A stretch of DNA of 64,000 nt from Thermoplasmata archaeon (GTDB lineage: Archaea; Thermoplasmatota; Thermoplasmata; Lutacidiplasmatales; UBA184), in contig DASZAJ010000002.1 of NCBI GenBank assembly GCA_035945215.1, positions 34,129 through 98,128 on the forward strand, written 5' to 3'. The notes beneath the pieces were generated by a model, which saw nothing but the letters and a program-made list of their open reading frames with translations, did not search any database and had not been told where the DNA came from. Shown piece by piece: positions 9,752-18,017 of this stretch. The first letter of the stretch is position 1, and each line of letters begins with the position of its first letter. The translations under genes and the position numbers were made by a program.

Positions 9752-11188
9752 ATGTGCCGCGCGCTTGTGCGGGTGGCTCCGTCGATCGTTCTTTCGCGCG
9801 CGGAGGGTCGGGAACTCAACGCATTGTGCACGAGCCCCGGGACCCTTCCGAGATTGGCGCTACGGGCATGGATCGTGCTCCGATCTTCCGAAGGGGTCGA
9901 CAACCGAACTATCGCATCCGAATTCATGGTGGACGAGGCGACGGTGGCGCTCTGGAGACGAAGATTTCTGGTCCATCGAATCGCCGGAATCCTCTCGGAC
10001 GCCCCCCGATCGGGCCGGAAGCCCAGGATTCCCGCTGCCCTCGTTGCCAAGATCGCTGCAGCTCGGAGCGTAGGACCATTCGGGGCGGCGAATACTCCGA
10101 CGAGCCGGGCGGTCGCGCGAGAGATGCGGGTCAGCCAATCCACGGTCGTAAGAATCTGGAAGACCCACGAAGGCCCGACCTCCACCGACGTATCGGTCGA
10201 TGAGGACACCCCCCTTCCCGCTCGGCCCATCCGGGATGTTCGAGGCATCTACCTCTGCGGTGAGGATCGGTGCGTGGTGCTCATCTCCCAGAAGGACGAG
10301 CCCACGTCGGCCATCGAAGCGCGGGACACGGGAACGAGACACTCGCGAGGACCGCTTCCGGTCGAAACCCCCCGTCGTCCCCCTCGGGACCCGTTGGCGG
10401 CGGTTCGTGTGATCTATCGTACCATACTTCCGGAACCCGGGGCTCACGACCGACTGGGGGATTTCCTACTCTTCCTCCGAGGCGTCGAGTTCCACCTCGG
10501 CCCAAATGAGATTGCCCATGTCCTGCTCCAGACGAGCCTTCTCGGGAAGGACGCGACGCTCCTTCGGTGGTTGCGCCGTCGGCCCGGGTTCGTATTGTAC
10601 CTGTCGTCCGCCGGGACGACCCCCAGCCGTCCGAGCTTCGATTTGCCCGATGGCCTCACGACGCAGGGGGTGCGTCCCAGCAGCCTGCGCAGTCTTCCGA
10701 AGCTGATCGACGCCTTCCGGGTCTTTTCGGTGACTTCGGATCGCCATCCGCGCCCATTTGCCTGGACCCTTCCCGAAGTCCCGTCCTCGGCGTCGATCGC
10801 GAGCCATCGCGCTCCGACGCCGCGAGCGGTCTCGGTCACCGCGCATTGGCTGACACCGCCCATCCTCGGGAGCGAGGCGAATACCCTGGGTGGGTCGATC
10901 GGGGCGGAGCCTATCGCGCCGTCCACGTCGATGGCTTTCCTTCCGATTCGGGCGGGCTTGGCGGGAGGGTTCGCGACTCGCCTCGAACCCCCAGCCATTC
11001 CACGGGGTTCCTTGCCTTCGGGCGCACCGATTTCGGAGGCATCGAACGTAACGCCCACCGGTCCTTCGGATGGCCCATCCTCCTCGATCGCGTCCGGGGT
11101 CCCATCGTCCCCAGGGCCCCTGGACGGGCGTCTTCGGAAGGCCCCCCCCGGTTCCCATTCCCCCTCGCCACGAGAAGGGACCGGGTAG
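9752..11188 (+). CDS. IS630-family transposase homologue with intact HTH region, degenerate DDE domain and Pro/Ser-rich tail (probable start GTG 9767)
   Basis: LALRAWIVLRSSEG, TVALWRRRF, DAPRSGRKPRI, DVRGIYL and HPRPFAWT match IS630 blocks. The usual LxxDN reads LLQT and the usual WLNxVE reads SRPSFD. Confidence 0.85.
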   Translation: MCRALVRVAPSIVLSRAEGRELNALCTSPGTLPRLALRAWIVLRSSEGVDNRTIASEFMVDEATVALWRRRFLVHRIAGILSDAPRSGRKPRIPAALVAKIAAARSVGPFGAANTPTSRAVAREMRVSQSTVVRIWKTHEGPTSTDVSVDEDTPLPARPIRDVRGIYLCGEDRCVVLISQKDEPTSAIEARDTGTRHSRGPLPVETPRRPPRDPLAAVRVIYRTILPEPGAHDRLGDFLLFLRGVEFHLGPNEIAHVLLQTSLLGKDATLLRWLRRRPGFVLYLSSAGTTPSRPSFDLPDGLTTQGVRPSSLRSLPKLIDAFRVFSVTSDRHPRPFAWTLPEVPSSASIASHRAPTPRAVSVTAHWLTPPILGSEANTLGGSIGAEPIAPSTSMAFLPIRAGLAGGFATRLEPPAIPRGSLPSGAPISEASNVTPTGPSDGPSSSIASGVPSSPGPLDGRLRKAPPGSHSPSPREGTG

Positions 11189-11479
11189 TACGGACCGGCG
11201 CGCACCGCGGCGGGCTGGGTCCCGAATCCTATCTCCGCCACGTTATCCTAGATGCGCAGATCGGTCGATCGGGCCAGGGTGAGCCGGCACCGATCGAACT
11301 GAGGGCCGCGGTCCGAATCGGGAACCTTTGAATTCGAGGGACCTCGCCGATCGCCTCCCGGAGCGGACAAGGCTAGTGGCAGCCCCGACGAGGACGCACG
11401 TTGGATCGATCCCGTGCGGTGACGATCCGGGTGCTAGAATTGTATGTAGTCCCAAGGAATCCGGCGGGACGGTGGGCTC

Positions 11480-11824
11480 GTGTTTTGTCCGCAGTGCGGG
11501 AAGGAACTCCCGCCGGATGCGATGCATTGTCCGGGCTGTGGCAGTCCCCGCGCGGCGGCCGGGCCCCTACCGGAGGGCAACGCACCGTCCATGCCGCGGC
11601 CCCCACCCCGGACGGACAGCGTGGACGCCCTCATCGGGGACGCCAAGCGAGCTGCCCTGGAACTGGCGGTGTTGTCGACTCGAATCTCCCAGCGGCTCAT
11701 CGAGCGGGCGGACGCCGCCGCCAAGGATCCCTCGGGCACGGCCCGAAACGCGGCCCGCAAGGCGGCGGCCGAACTGGACAAGGCCCGCAAGGGGATCGAG
11801 CAGGCCCTCGAGCAACTGAAGTGA
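11480..11824 (+). CDS. Zinc-ribbon protein with helical/coiled-coil C-terminus
   Basis: CPQC...CPGC at the N-terminus; Ala/Lys/Glu-rich helical tail. Confidence 0.8.
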   Translation: MFCPQCGKELPPDAMHCPGCGSPRAAAGPLPEGNAPSMPRPPPRTDSVDALIGDAKRAALELAVLSTRISQRLIERADAAAKDPSGTARNAARKAAAELDKARKGIEQALEQLK

Positions 11825-11879
11825 TGGGCGGGACCGCCGGTTCGATGACCGGCGGGGAGGGCGGGCCCCGGGCGGGCGC

Positions 11880-12329
11880 CTACCGGGGAAGTCGGTGCCG
11901 CTTCAGGACCAGCCGCCCCTTGCGGTTGGTCGCTGCCACCAGGTGACGGTCGCTGGCGCCCAACACCAGGATCTCGCCATCGGCCAACTTGTGCGTTTGC
12001 GAACCAGCCATCGCCGCGGGCGGGAGACTGGGTGAAGCTGGATCGACCGCCCGAGGGGCCGCTGGGCGGCCCCGTTGGACCGCCTGGCCGAGCCGGTAGA
12101 TCTTCTCCCGGCCGGACTTGACCATCGATAGTTCGCCCCGACGGACCAAGAGTCGCAGTGCGTTATAAATGGAATTTCGATGGTACTTTTTCCCCCGGAC
12201 CTTGGCTAGGCGTTTCGCGATCTCGGAGGTGGACATTCGAGCCCCCGCGCCGACCCCCCGCAATTCGGCCATGATCCAAGAAGGCGTTCCGCGACGGCCT
12301 TTCGGCGACCTTGCATCTCCCCGGGACAT
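11880..12329 (-). CDS. Winged-helix DNA-binding protein
   Basis: MSTSEIAKRL...HRNSIYNALRLLVRRGELSMVKSGREKIYRL fits a wHTH pattern. Confidence 0.7.
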   Translation of the reverse strand: MSRGDARSPKGRRGTPSWIMAELRGVGAGARMSTSEIAKRLAKVRGKKYHRNSIYNALRLLVRRGELSMVKSGREKIYRLGQAVQRGRPAAPRAVDPASPSLPPAAMAGSQTHKLADGEILVLGASDRHLVAATNRKGRLVLKRHRLPR

Positions 12330-12594
12330 GGCACTGAGTAGAACTCCTCCTTCCTAAAGGTGCCGATGCCTATATCGCTCGACCGGCGAGGGAGAAATCG
12401 GGTTTTCGGGGACGGGATGGGCCGCACGGCGACTCATGAAAACTGTCACTTGCGGCCCGACCGGGCGTGAGGGTGCGATTCCCACGACTTGGCCAGTGGC
12501 ACGGACGCCGACCCCGGTCGGGCTCCGATGGCGCCCGACCCTGGGTACGATCGGACGGAGGGGGAAGGGATTCCGGACACTCCGCGCGGGCGGA

Positions 12595-13281
12595 TCAGGA
12601 CGTGGGGTTGGGGGTCGCGCTCGTCGACGGCGTAGCGGAGGGTTGGGGGAGACTGATCAATCCGAGGAAGAGTAGAACGATGCCAATGAACTCCGAATAG
12701 TACAGCGCGATCGGGAACGAGGCGATGTACAATGTTCCCCCCGCCCCGAGGATCACCGCCCCTCCGGCCATCAGGAGGGATTGCCAGCGCCACGAGTGCC
12801 ACAGTGACAAGGCTGTCGCGGCAAGGAGGATCACGGTAGCCGGGACCGTCACAAGGGAGGAGAGCTCGATGAGCAGCAACGGGGGGTTGCCAGCGATGAT
12901 CCCCGATTGGACCATCGCCGAGGGGAGGGGGGTCACCGCACAGGCCACCCCGACCACCAGGCACCCGCCGAGCGTGTAGTAGGTGTAGATCCGCTCGATC
13001 CGGGGACTTCGAAGGATCTTGGTCGCGCCCAGCGAGAGGACGCCGACGATCGCCGCGGAGAAGAAGACGTACGCTTGCAGCAGAGGACTCGTCACGATTC
13101 CGACGTAGACGACCGCCTCGATCGCCATCGCGGCCGCCGCGAGAGCCAGGCCGCTCCCCCACATCAATTGCGAGCGCGTTCGGGTCTGACGGAACCGCCA
13201 CACCCCCCGAGCGGCGAGCGCGGTGAGCAACCCGCAGAGCGCCGTAAGCGAGATCGTCAGGGCGATGAACTCCCCGTTCAT
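12595..13281 (-). CDS. Stand-alone 7-TM membrane protein (alternative start 13305)
   Basis: Seven hydrophobic segments from MNGEFIALTISL to FIGIVLLFLGLISL, with no cytoplasmic output domain. Confidence 0.75.
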   Translation of the reverse strand: MNGEFIALTISLTALCGLLTALAARGVWRFRQTRTRSQLMWGSGLALAAAAMAIEAVVYVGIVTSPLLQAYVFFSAAIVGVLSLGATKILRSPRIERIYTYYTLGGCLVVGVACAVTPLPSAMVQSGIIAGNPPLLLIELSSLVTVPATVILLAATALSLWHSWRWQSLLMAGGAVILGAGGTLYIASFPIALYYSEFIGIVLLFLGLISLPQPSATPSTSATPNPTS

Positions 13282-13459
13282 CGGCGCCCCCTCCGACGGA
13301 GCCATGGAATCCCGGGAATCGGAGCCCGCATGCGCCTCGCCTTCTTCCGGGAGGCGGCCCCGCTTATCCGCCCACGGCTCGTACGATACTTGTTCGGCGA
13401 CGGCGGGATCGCGAAACCGGCGAGGGCGCCCCCGACCGGCCGAGGGGCGGGAAACTCGG

Positions 13460-16072
13460 CTACGTCGGTTCGTCCGGAGGTCGCCGGCTGGACCGGCGGG
13501 AAGAGGCCCCTCGGGGGGCCTTCCCCCGCCACAACGACTGCCCGATCCAGATCGCGACGCCGGCCCCCGCCACGGCCGCGAGGATGAGGAGACCGAAACC
13601 TTCCGTCGCGGGCAGGCCGAGCACATCCGAGGAACCTGGCGCCCGGACCGCGTTGGCCCGGAAGTTGACGGTCACCGTGACCGCCGACCCATTGATCAGG
13701 AACGCCCCCTCGCGCGGAGTCGACGTGAATCCGGCGACCGGGGCGACGCTGTACCCGTAGGTCCCGTTGGACAGACCAGGGAAGCGGATCGAACCCGATC
13801 CGCTGGCGGGCTTCCCGTCCAGGGTCACGCTCCACCCAGCCCCCGTCGGCAAACCCTTCTCCTCGAAGATGACCGGGTAGGTCACGGGGACGAAGGCGAC
13901 GGCCTCCAGGAGTGAGACGCCGGCCACGTTGGACGTCCCGAACGCGTTCCCCAGCGGTGTGTAACTCGAGTTCGACGATGCCAGCGTGTAGGTGTAGCTT
14001 CCGTTCGTGAGCGCGAAGCTGATGTTGGCGCCGACGGAGTGGGCGACCGCACCGCCGGTCAGGTTCACCGACCACGCGCCCCCGATCGGCAGGCCCGTTT
14101 CGACGAAGGTAACCGCGAAGGTAACGTCGCTGAACCGCACCGGGACATTGGCGGGCCCGCCGACCACCGCGAACTGGCCCCCCGGCGCGATGAAGCGCGG
14201 ATCCTGGACCGCGATGGAATAACTGTAGGTTCCGTTCGCGATCTGAAGACCCAGATCGGACGTCGCCCCGGCGAGCAGGGGTCCCCCGGTGAGGTTCACC
14301 CACCAGCCGACGCCCGTCGGCAATCCGACCTCCGCGAAGTCGACGGCGTACACGACCTCGGTCCAGGCCACGAGGCGGCTGACCGAAGCTCCGTGGACAT
14401 CGATGCTCCCGGTGAAGTTCGTCGTCGTCCAACCCGCGATCCCGGCGACCCGGAACGGGTACGTCCCATTCCTCTCGAGGAAGTGGATCGAGGCGACCGT
14501 CGGGCCGAGCGAGACACCCCCCAATGTGACCGACCACGCCGTGGACGTCGGGAGTCCCGTCTCCGCGAAATTCACATTGTAGGTGACGGGTACAAAGGTC
14601 AGCGGCGAGGTCACGTCGGTGCCATTGACCGAGACCGTACCGCTGCGAGCGGCGAAGGTCGGATCGCTGGAGGTGACGGTGAAATTGTACACGCCGTCCC
14701 CGGCCCGCACGATCAGCTCGGAGGTGTTCGAGGAGGCGATCGGCTCGCCGGTGACGTTCACCGACCAAACCGTCCCGCTCGGGAGCCCTGATTCGTTGAA
14801 GATGATTCGGTGCCAAGTCGGGAAGAAGCTCACGTTGTTGGACCCGAAATTGACGACGTAGATGTATCCGTTCGCCGGGTCGTAGGCCGTCGCCCAGGGA
14901 TAGGAGCCGGCGGGCACGGAATATAGTACCGAAGTGCCGTCGATCACGCTCACGTTGTTGGACGCGTCGTTGGCGACGTAGACGTAGCCATTGCCGTCGT
15001 TATAGCTCGGGAGCTCGGGTCCGGATCCGACTGGGATCGTCGCGATGACCAGTCGGTCATGGAGCACACTGACGGTCCCGCCCACGGCATTCGCGATGTA
15101 TACGTCGCCCGAGCGAGCATCGTAGACCCCCGAATAGGGGCCGGACCCCACGGGGACCGTGGTGAGCACGGTGGTGTTGTTGAGGATGCTCACCGAGTTG
15201 GCCCCGTAATCGGGTACATAGACCTCCCCGTTCGAGGGGTCGAAGATCGGGGTCTCGGGCTCGCCCGAGACGTTCACGGTGCGGATGAGCTGGGTGCCGT
15301 TGAGGACGCTCACCGTGTTCGAATTGTAATTCGAGACGTAGACCCGGCCCGTGGCGCTGTCGAACGCCAGTCCGTCGGGGCTCATCCCGACCGTGACCGT
15401 CCGAACGAGGCTGGTCCCGTTCAAGATCGACACTGCATTGACGTTGTCGTCGACGACGTAGACGTAGCCGTTCGCCGGGTCATACCCGATCGCGTAGGGA
15501 CCGTATCCGGCCCCGGGCGACCCGACCAGTTTCGTCCGATTGAGCACGCTCACGTTGTTGCTCGCCGAGTTCGCCACGTACACCCATCCGTTCCCCGGGT
15601 CGAAGGTGGCCTGGGCCGGGGAACTCCCGAGGCTCGGCGAGGCGATGACGCGGGAGCCGTTGATGATGCTCAGATTGTTCGAGCCGCCATTGATCACATA
15701 GACCCATCCGTTCGCGGTATCGACGGTGGCGGCAATGGGGGTCATGCCCACGTGGACCGAGGATACGTTCGGGGCGTGGGGGGCCATCGGCGGGACCGTT
15801 CGACCACCCTCGGGAACCGGTCCGGACCGAGGGACCACCGGGGACCCGGCAACCGTCCCAGTGGCATTGCTCGGGGACGTGGTGGGCCCTGAAAGGTCGG
15901 CTGCCGAGTACGGGACGTTCACCGTGGTCCGGTGGGGGCTCACCAATGACAGACTACCGACGTGGAAAGACCCTTCCCCCGGGACCCATCCGTTACTGGG
16001 AAGGAGCAAGGCGAGCGCGACGATCGCGAGCCAAATCGGTACGGCCGGGCGGCCCGGACCGAACGTCAGCAC
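13460..16072 (-). CDS. Surface protein: 8 YVTN/YncE-type propeller repeats, 5 thermopsin-type repeats, C-terminal TM anchor
   Basis: Eight GxxP...DxxNGxVYVxNxxSNxVS repeats; five VxFxExGLPxGxxWxVxL repeats; signal peptide; TM followed by a basic tail; many N-x-S/T sequons. Confidence 0.9.
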   Translation of the reverse strand: MLTFGPGRPAVPIWLAIVALALLLPSNGWVPGEGSFHVGSLSLVSPHRTTVNVPYSAADLSGPTTSPSNATGTVAGSPVVPRSGPVPEGGRTVPPMAPHAPNVSSVHVGMTPIAATVDTANGWVYVINGGSNNLSIINGSRVIASPSLGSSPAQATFDPGNGWVYVANSASNNVSVLNRTKLVGSPGAGYGPYAIGYDPANGYVYVVDDNVNAVSILNGTSLVRTVTVGMSPDGLAFDSATGRVYVSNYNSNTVSVLNGTQLIRTVNVSGEPETPIFDPSNGEVYVPDYGANSVSILNNTTVLTTVPVGSGPYSGVYDARSGDVYIANAVGGTVSVLHDRLVIATIPVGSGPELPSYNDGNGYVYVANDASNNVSVIDGTSVLYSVPAGSYPWATAYDPANGYIYVVNFGSNNVSFFPTWHRIIFNESGLPSGTVWSVNVTGEPIASSNTSELIVRAGDGVYNFTVTSSDPTFAARSGTVSVNGTDVTSPLTFVPVTYNVNFAETGLPTSTAWSVTLGGVSLGPTVASIHFLERNGTYPFRVAGIAGWTTTNFTGSIDVHGASVSRLVAWTEVVYAVDFAEVGLPTGVGWWVNLTGGPLLAGATSDLGLQIANGTYSYSIAVQDPRFIAPGGQFAVVGGPANVPVRFSDVTFAVTFVETGLPIGGAWSVNLTGGAVAHSVGANISFALTNGSYTYTLASSNSSYTPLGNAFGTSNVAGVSLLEAVAFVPVTYPVIFEEKGLPTGAGWSVTLDGKPASGSGSIRFPGLSNGTYGYSVAPVAGFTSTPREGAFLINGSAVTVTVNFRANAVRAPGSSDVLGLPATEGFGLLILAAVAGAGVAIWIGQSLWRGKAPRGASSRRSSRRPPDEPT

Positions 16073-16338
16073 GGCCCGCCGAGCGGCGCCGGAGGCCTTA
16101 AACCGGCCGCCTAGATACTGACGCAGGGGTACGCCCGGAGGGTCGTTGGATCCCCCCCCGCGACAGCGGAAGATCTCTACACCGATCTCCCTGGCCGCTT
16201 ACCTCCGGACCCCCGGAGGATCCCGGCGCCGGACCGGGGCGTCGCCCACCGACCCCCCCCGGTGGGGGCACTAGCGGGCCGCGCCATCGGAATGGGGCCC
16301 GGCGGTCGATATCGGGCTCAGCCTCGAACCTCGCTTGA

Positions 16339-17007
16339 TCAACCTTCCCCGAGCCCTTCCGACCGGCCTCTCGCGGCGAGACCGAGTGTGAGTGCGGCAA
16401 TCCCCGACGCGAGGAGGTACACTGGTAGCCCTGTATACGTGGCCGACCACACAGCTGGCGCAATGGTTCGAGCCGGATTCAGGGAACTTCCTGTCCACGG
16501 TCCGATGAGGTACGTCGAGATGCCGACGACCGTTGGGGGCAGGAGGAGGCGCCATCGGTAGCGCCCTTCCCCCGCATCCGTCACCACGACGACCGAGATC
16601 ACCAGGGCGCCGGTGAAAAGGAGCTCAAGAACGAAGGTCCGGACCAGGTCCCCGCCGGCGGGGACCGTCGAACCGAGGTGCGCGCCATCGCCCAGGGCCC
16701 CGAGGACGATCCCGGACGCGGCGAAAGCACCGATGGATTGCGCCCCGATGTAGGGCAGCGCGTCCCGCCGCGGGAAACGACGGCTGATGACCAAGGCGAT
16801 CGTAACGGCGGGATTCAGGTGCGCCCCCGACTGGCGGGCCCATAGGCCGATCGGGATCAGGACGGCCAGGAACCAAGCCGCCGCGATGACCCACAGGGGA
16901 GCGCCACCCAGCCGGCCGGCGAGAACGATCGTCCCGGTCCCGATCGCGACGAGCGTCGCGGTCCCGATCGCTTCCGCGACGAGCCGCCGCCCCAGCGGGA
17001 CGGTCAC
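16339..17007 (-). CDS. MIP-family aquaporin/aquaglyceroporin, probable arsenite channel
   Basis: HLNPAVT and SLNPART motifs. GTG start at 17007 overlaps the arsC stop codon (GTGA). Confidence 0.9.
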   Translation of the reverse strand: MTVPLGRRLVAEAIGTATLVAIGTGTIVLAGRLGGAPLWVIAAAWFLAVLIPIGLWARQSGAHLNPAVTIALVISRRFPRRDALPYIGAQSIGAFAASGIVLGALGDGAHLGSTVPAGGDLVRTFVLELLFTGALVISVVVVTDAGEGRYRWRLLLPPTVVGISTYLIGPWTGSSLNPARTIAPAVWSATYTGLPVYLLASGIAALTLGLAARGRSEGLGEG

Positions 17008-17453
17008 CGGGAGGGCGGGCGTCCCGAGGCCGTTGCGGGAAGGTCCTGCGCCCGTAGTTCGTCTTGGAGGGCCCGAACCTTCTCGCGGATCTGGTCTCGG
17101 ACCCGGCGGAACCCCACGTCGTCGAGCTTGCCGGGATCGTCCAAGGCCCAGTCCCGGACCGGCAGCTGTCGCAGCCGCGCCGGGCAGCTCGCATCGTCGA
17201 GGCAACCCATGGTGACCCGGACTGAAGCCCGGTCCATCAAATCGTCCGACAGCAGCCTTGGGGCGTGCGGAGGCAGTGGCACCCCGATCTCCCGAAGCAT
17301 CGGCCCGGTCCGGGGTCCGGCCTGCGGGGCCGGGCGCGTCCCGGCCGAGGCGGCGGTCCATCCCTTCGGGGGATCCGCGTTGAATATCGCCTCGGCCATC
17401 AACGAACGGCCCGCGTTCTGCACGCAGACGAACAGGACCGTCCGGTCCCCCAT
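17004..17453 (-). CDS. arsC: Arsenate reductase, LMW-PTP (thioredoxin-type) fold
   Basis: FVCVQNAGRSLMAEA P-loop, SAGT, distal TMGCLDDASC cysteine pair, and DW-x-LDDP. Confidence 0.88.
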   Translation of the reverse strand: MGDRTVLFVCVQNAGRSLMAEAIFNADPPKGWTAASAGTRPAPQAGPRTGPMLREIGVPLPPHAPRLLSDDLMDRASVRVTMGCLDDASCPARLRQLPVRDWALDDPGKLDDVGFRRVRDQIREKVRALQDELRAQDLPATASGRPPSR

Positions 17454-17559
17454 CAGCAGCAGTCCTCGCAACAATCCGGGCAGCACGGCGCCGGGCAGCA
17501 GGTCGACGGACTGCAGCACGGCCGCTTCGCCAAGTTCTCGGTCATGTTCGCCTCCACCA

Positions 17560-17574
17560 CTTCAATAGCTGAAG
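17560..17574. promoter_or_regulatory. Inverted repeat, candidate operator between arsC and the HxlR gene
   Basis: cttca-atagc-tgaag in the 152-nt divergent intergenic region. Confidence 0.3.
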
Positions 17575-17605
17575 CGCTCATAAGCATCCGCTACGTACGG
17601 ACAGA

Positions 17606-17932
17606 GTGTCGCAATGCTGCGAGGGGGCGCTCGAGTGCCCGTGCCCGCCGATCGGGCTCATCGACGTGGTCGGCAAGAAATGGGCGGTCTGCGTCGTCTC
17701 CCTGCTCGGTAAGTACGGCCGGGTCCGGTTCGGGCCCATCCAGGAGTGCCTCTCTGGGGTCAGCCCGGCCACCCTCACCTCCACCCTGCGGGCCCTCGAA
17801 CGCTCGCGTCTGCTCCGCCGGGTTCCGGCCGAGGGGCCCCGAGGGCCGGTCAAGGCGTACGAACTGACGCCGAGCGGGCACACCCTGTACGAAAGCCTCC
17901 GCCCGCTGGCCGCCTGGCTCCGCACGACGTGA
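17606..17932 (+). CDS. HxlR-family wHTH regulator with Cys-rich N-terminus
   Basis: CP..LIDVVGKKW, RF..IQ..L.GVSPATLTSTLRALE and YELTPSG match HxlR; N-terminus is MSQCCEGALECPC. Confidence 0.88.
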   Translation: MSQCCEGALECPCPPIGLIDVVGKKWAVCVVSLLGKYGRVRFGPIQECLSGVSPATLTSTLRALERSRLLRRVPAEGPRGPVKAYELTPSGHTLYESLRPLAAWLRTT

Positions 17933-18017
17933 TCCCTGCCTTGCCGCCGCTCCCTCGGGGCCCATAGGGTTCCAGCGCCGAGGCGGGCGGTGGGCCAGGG
18001 CCCCGCGAGGGATCGGG

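Noticed and set aside
9752-11188. Active IS630 insertion sequence
   Set aside because: Catalytic Asp/Glu blocks are substituted and I found no terminal inverted repeats or a second copy in the window.
12440-12580. Cobalamin-riboswitch- or tRNA-like motif (GGTGCGATTCCC, GCCACTG)
   Set aside because: The elements lie on opposite strands and no cloverleaf or riboswitch fold could be assembled. An Infernal/Rfam scan would settle it.
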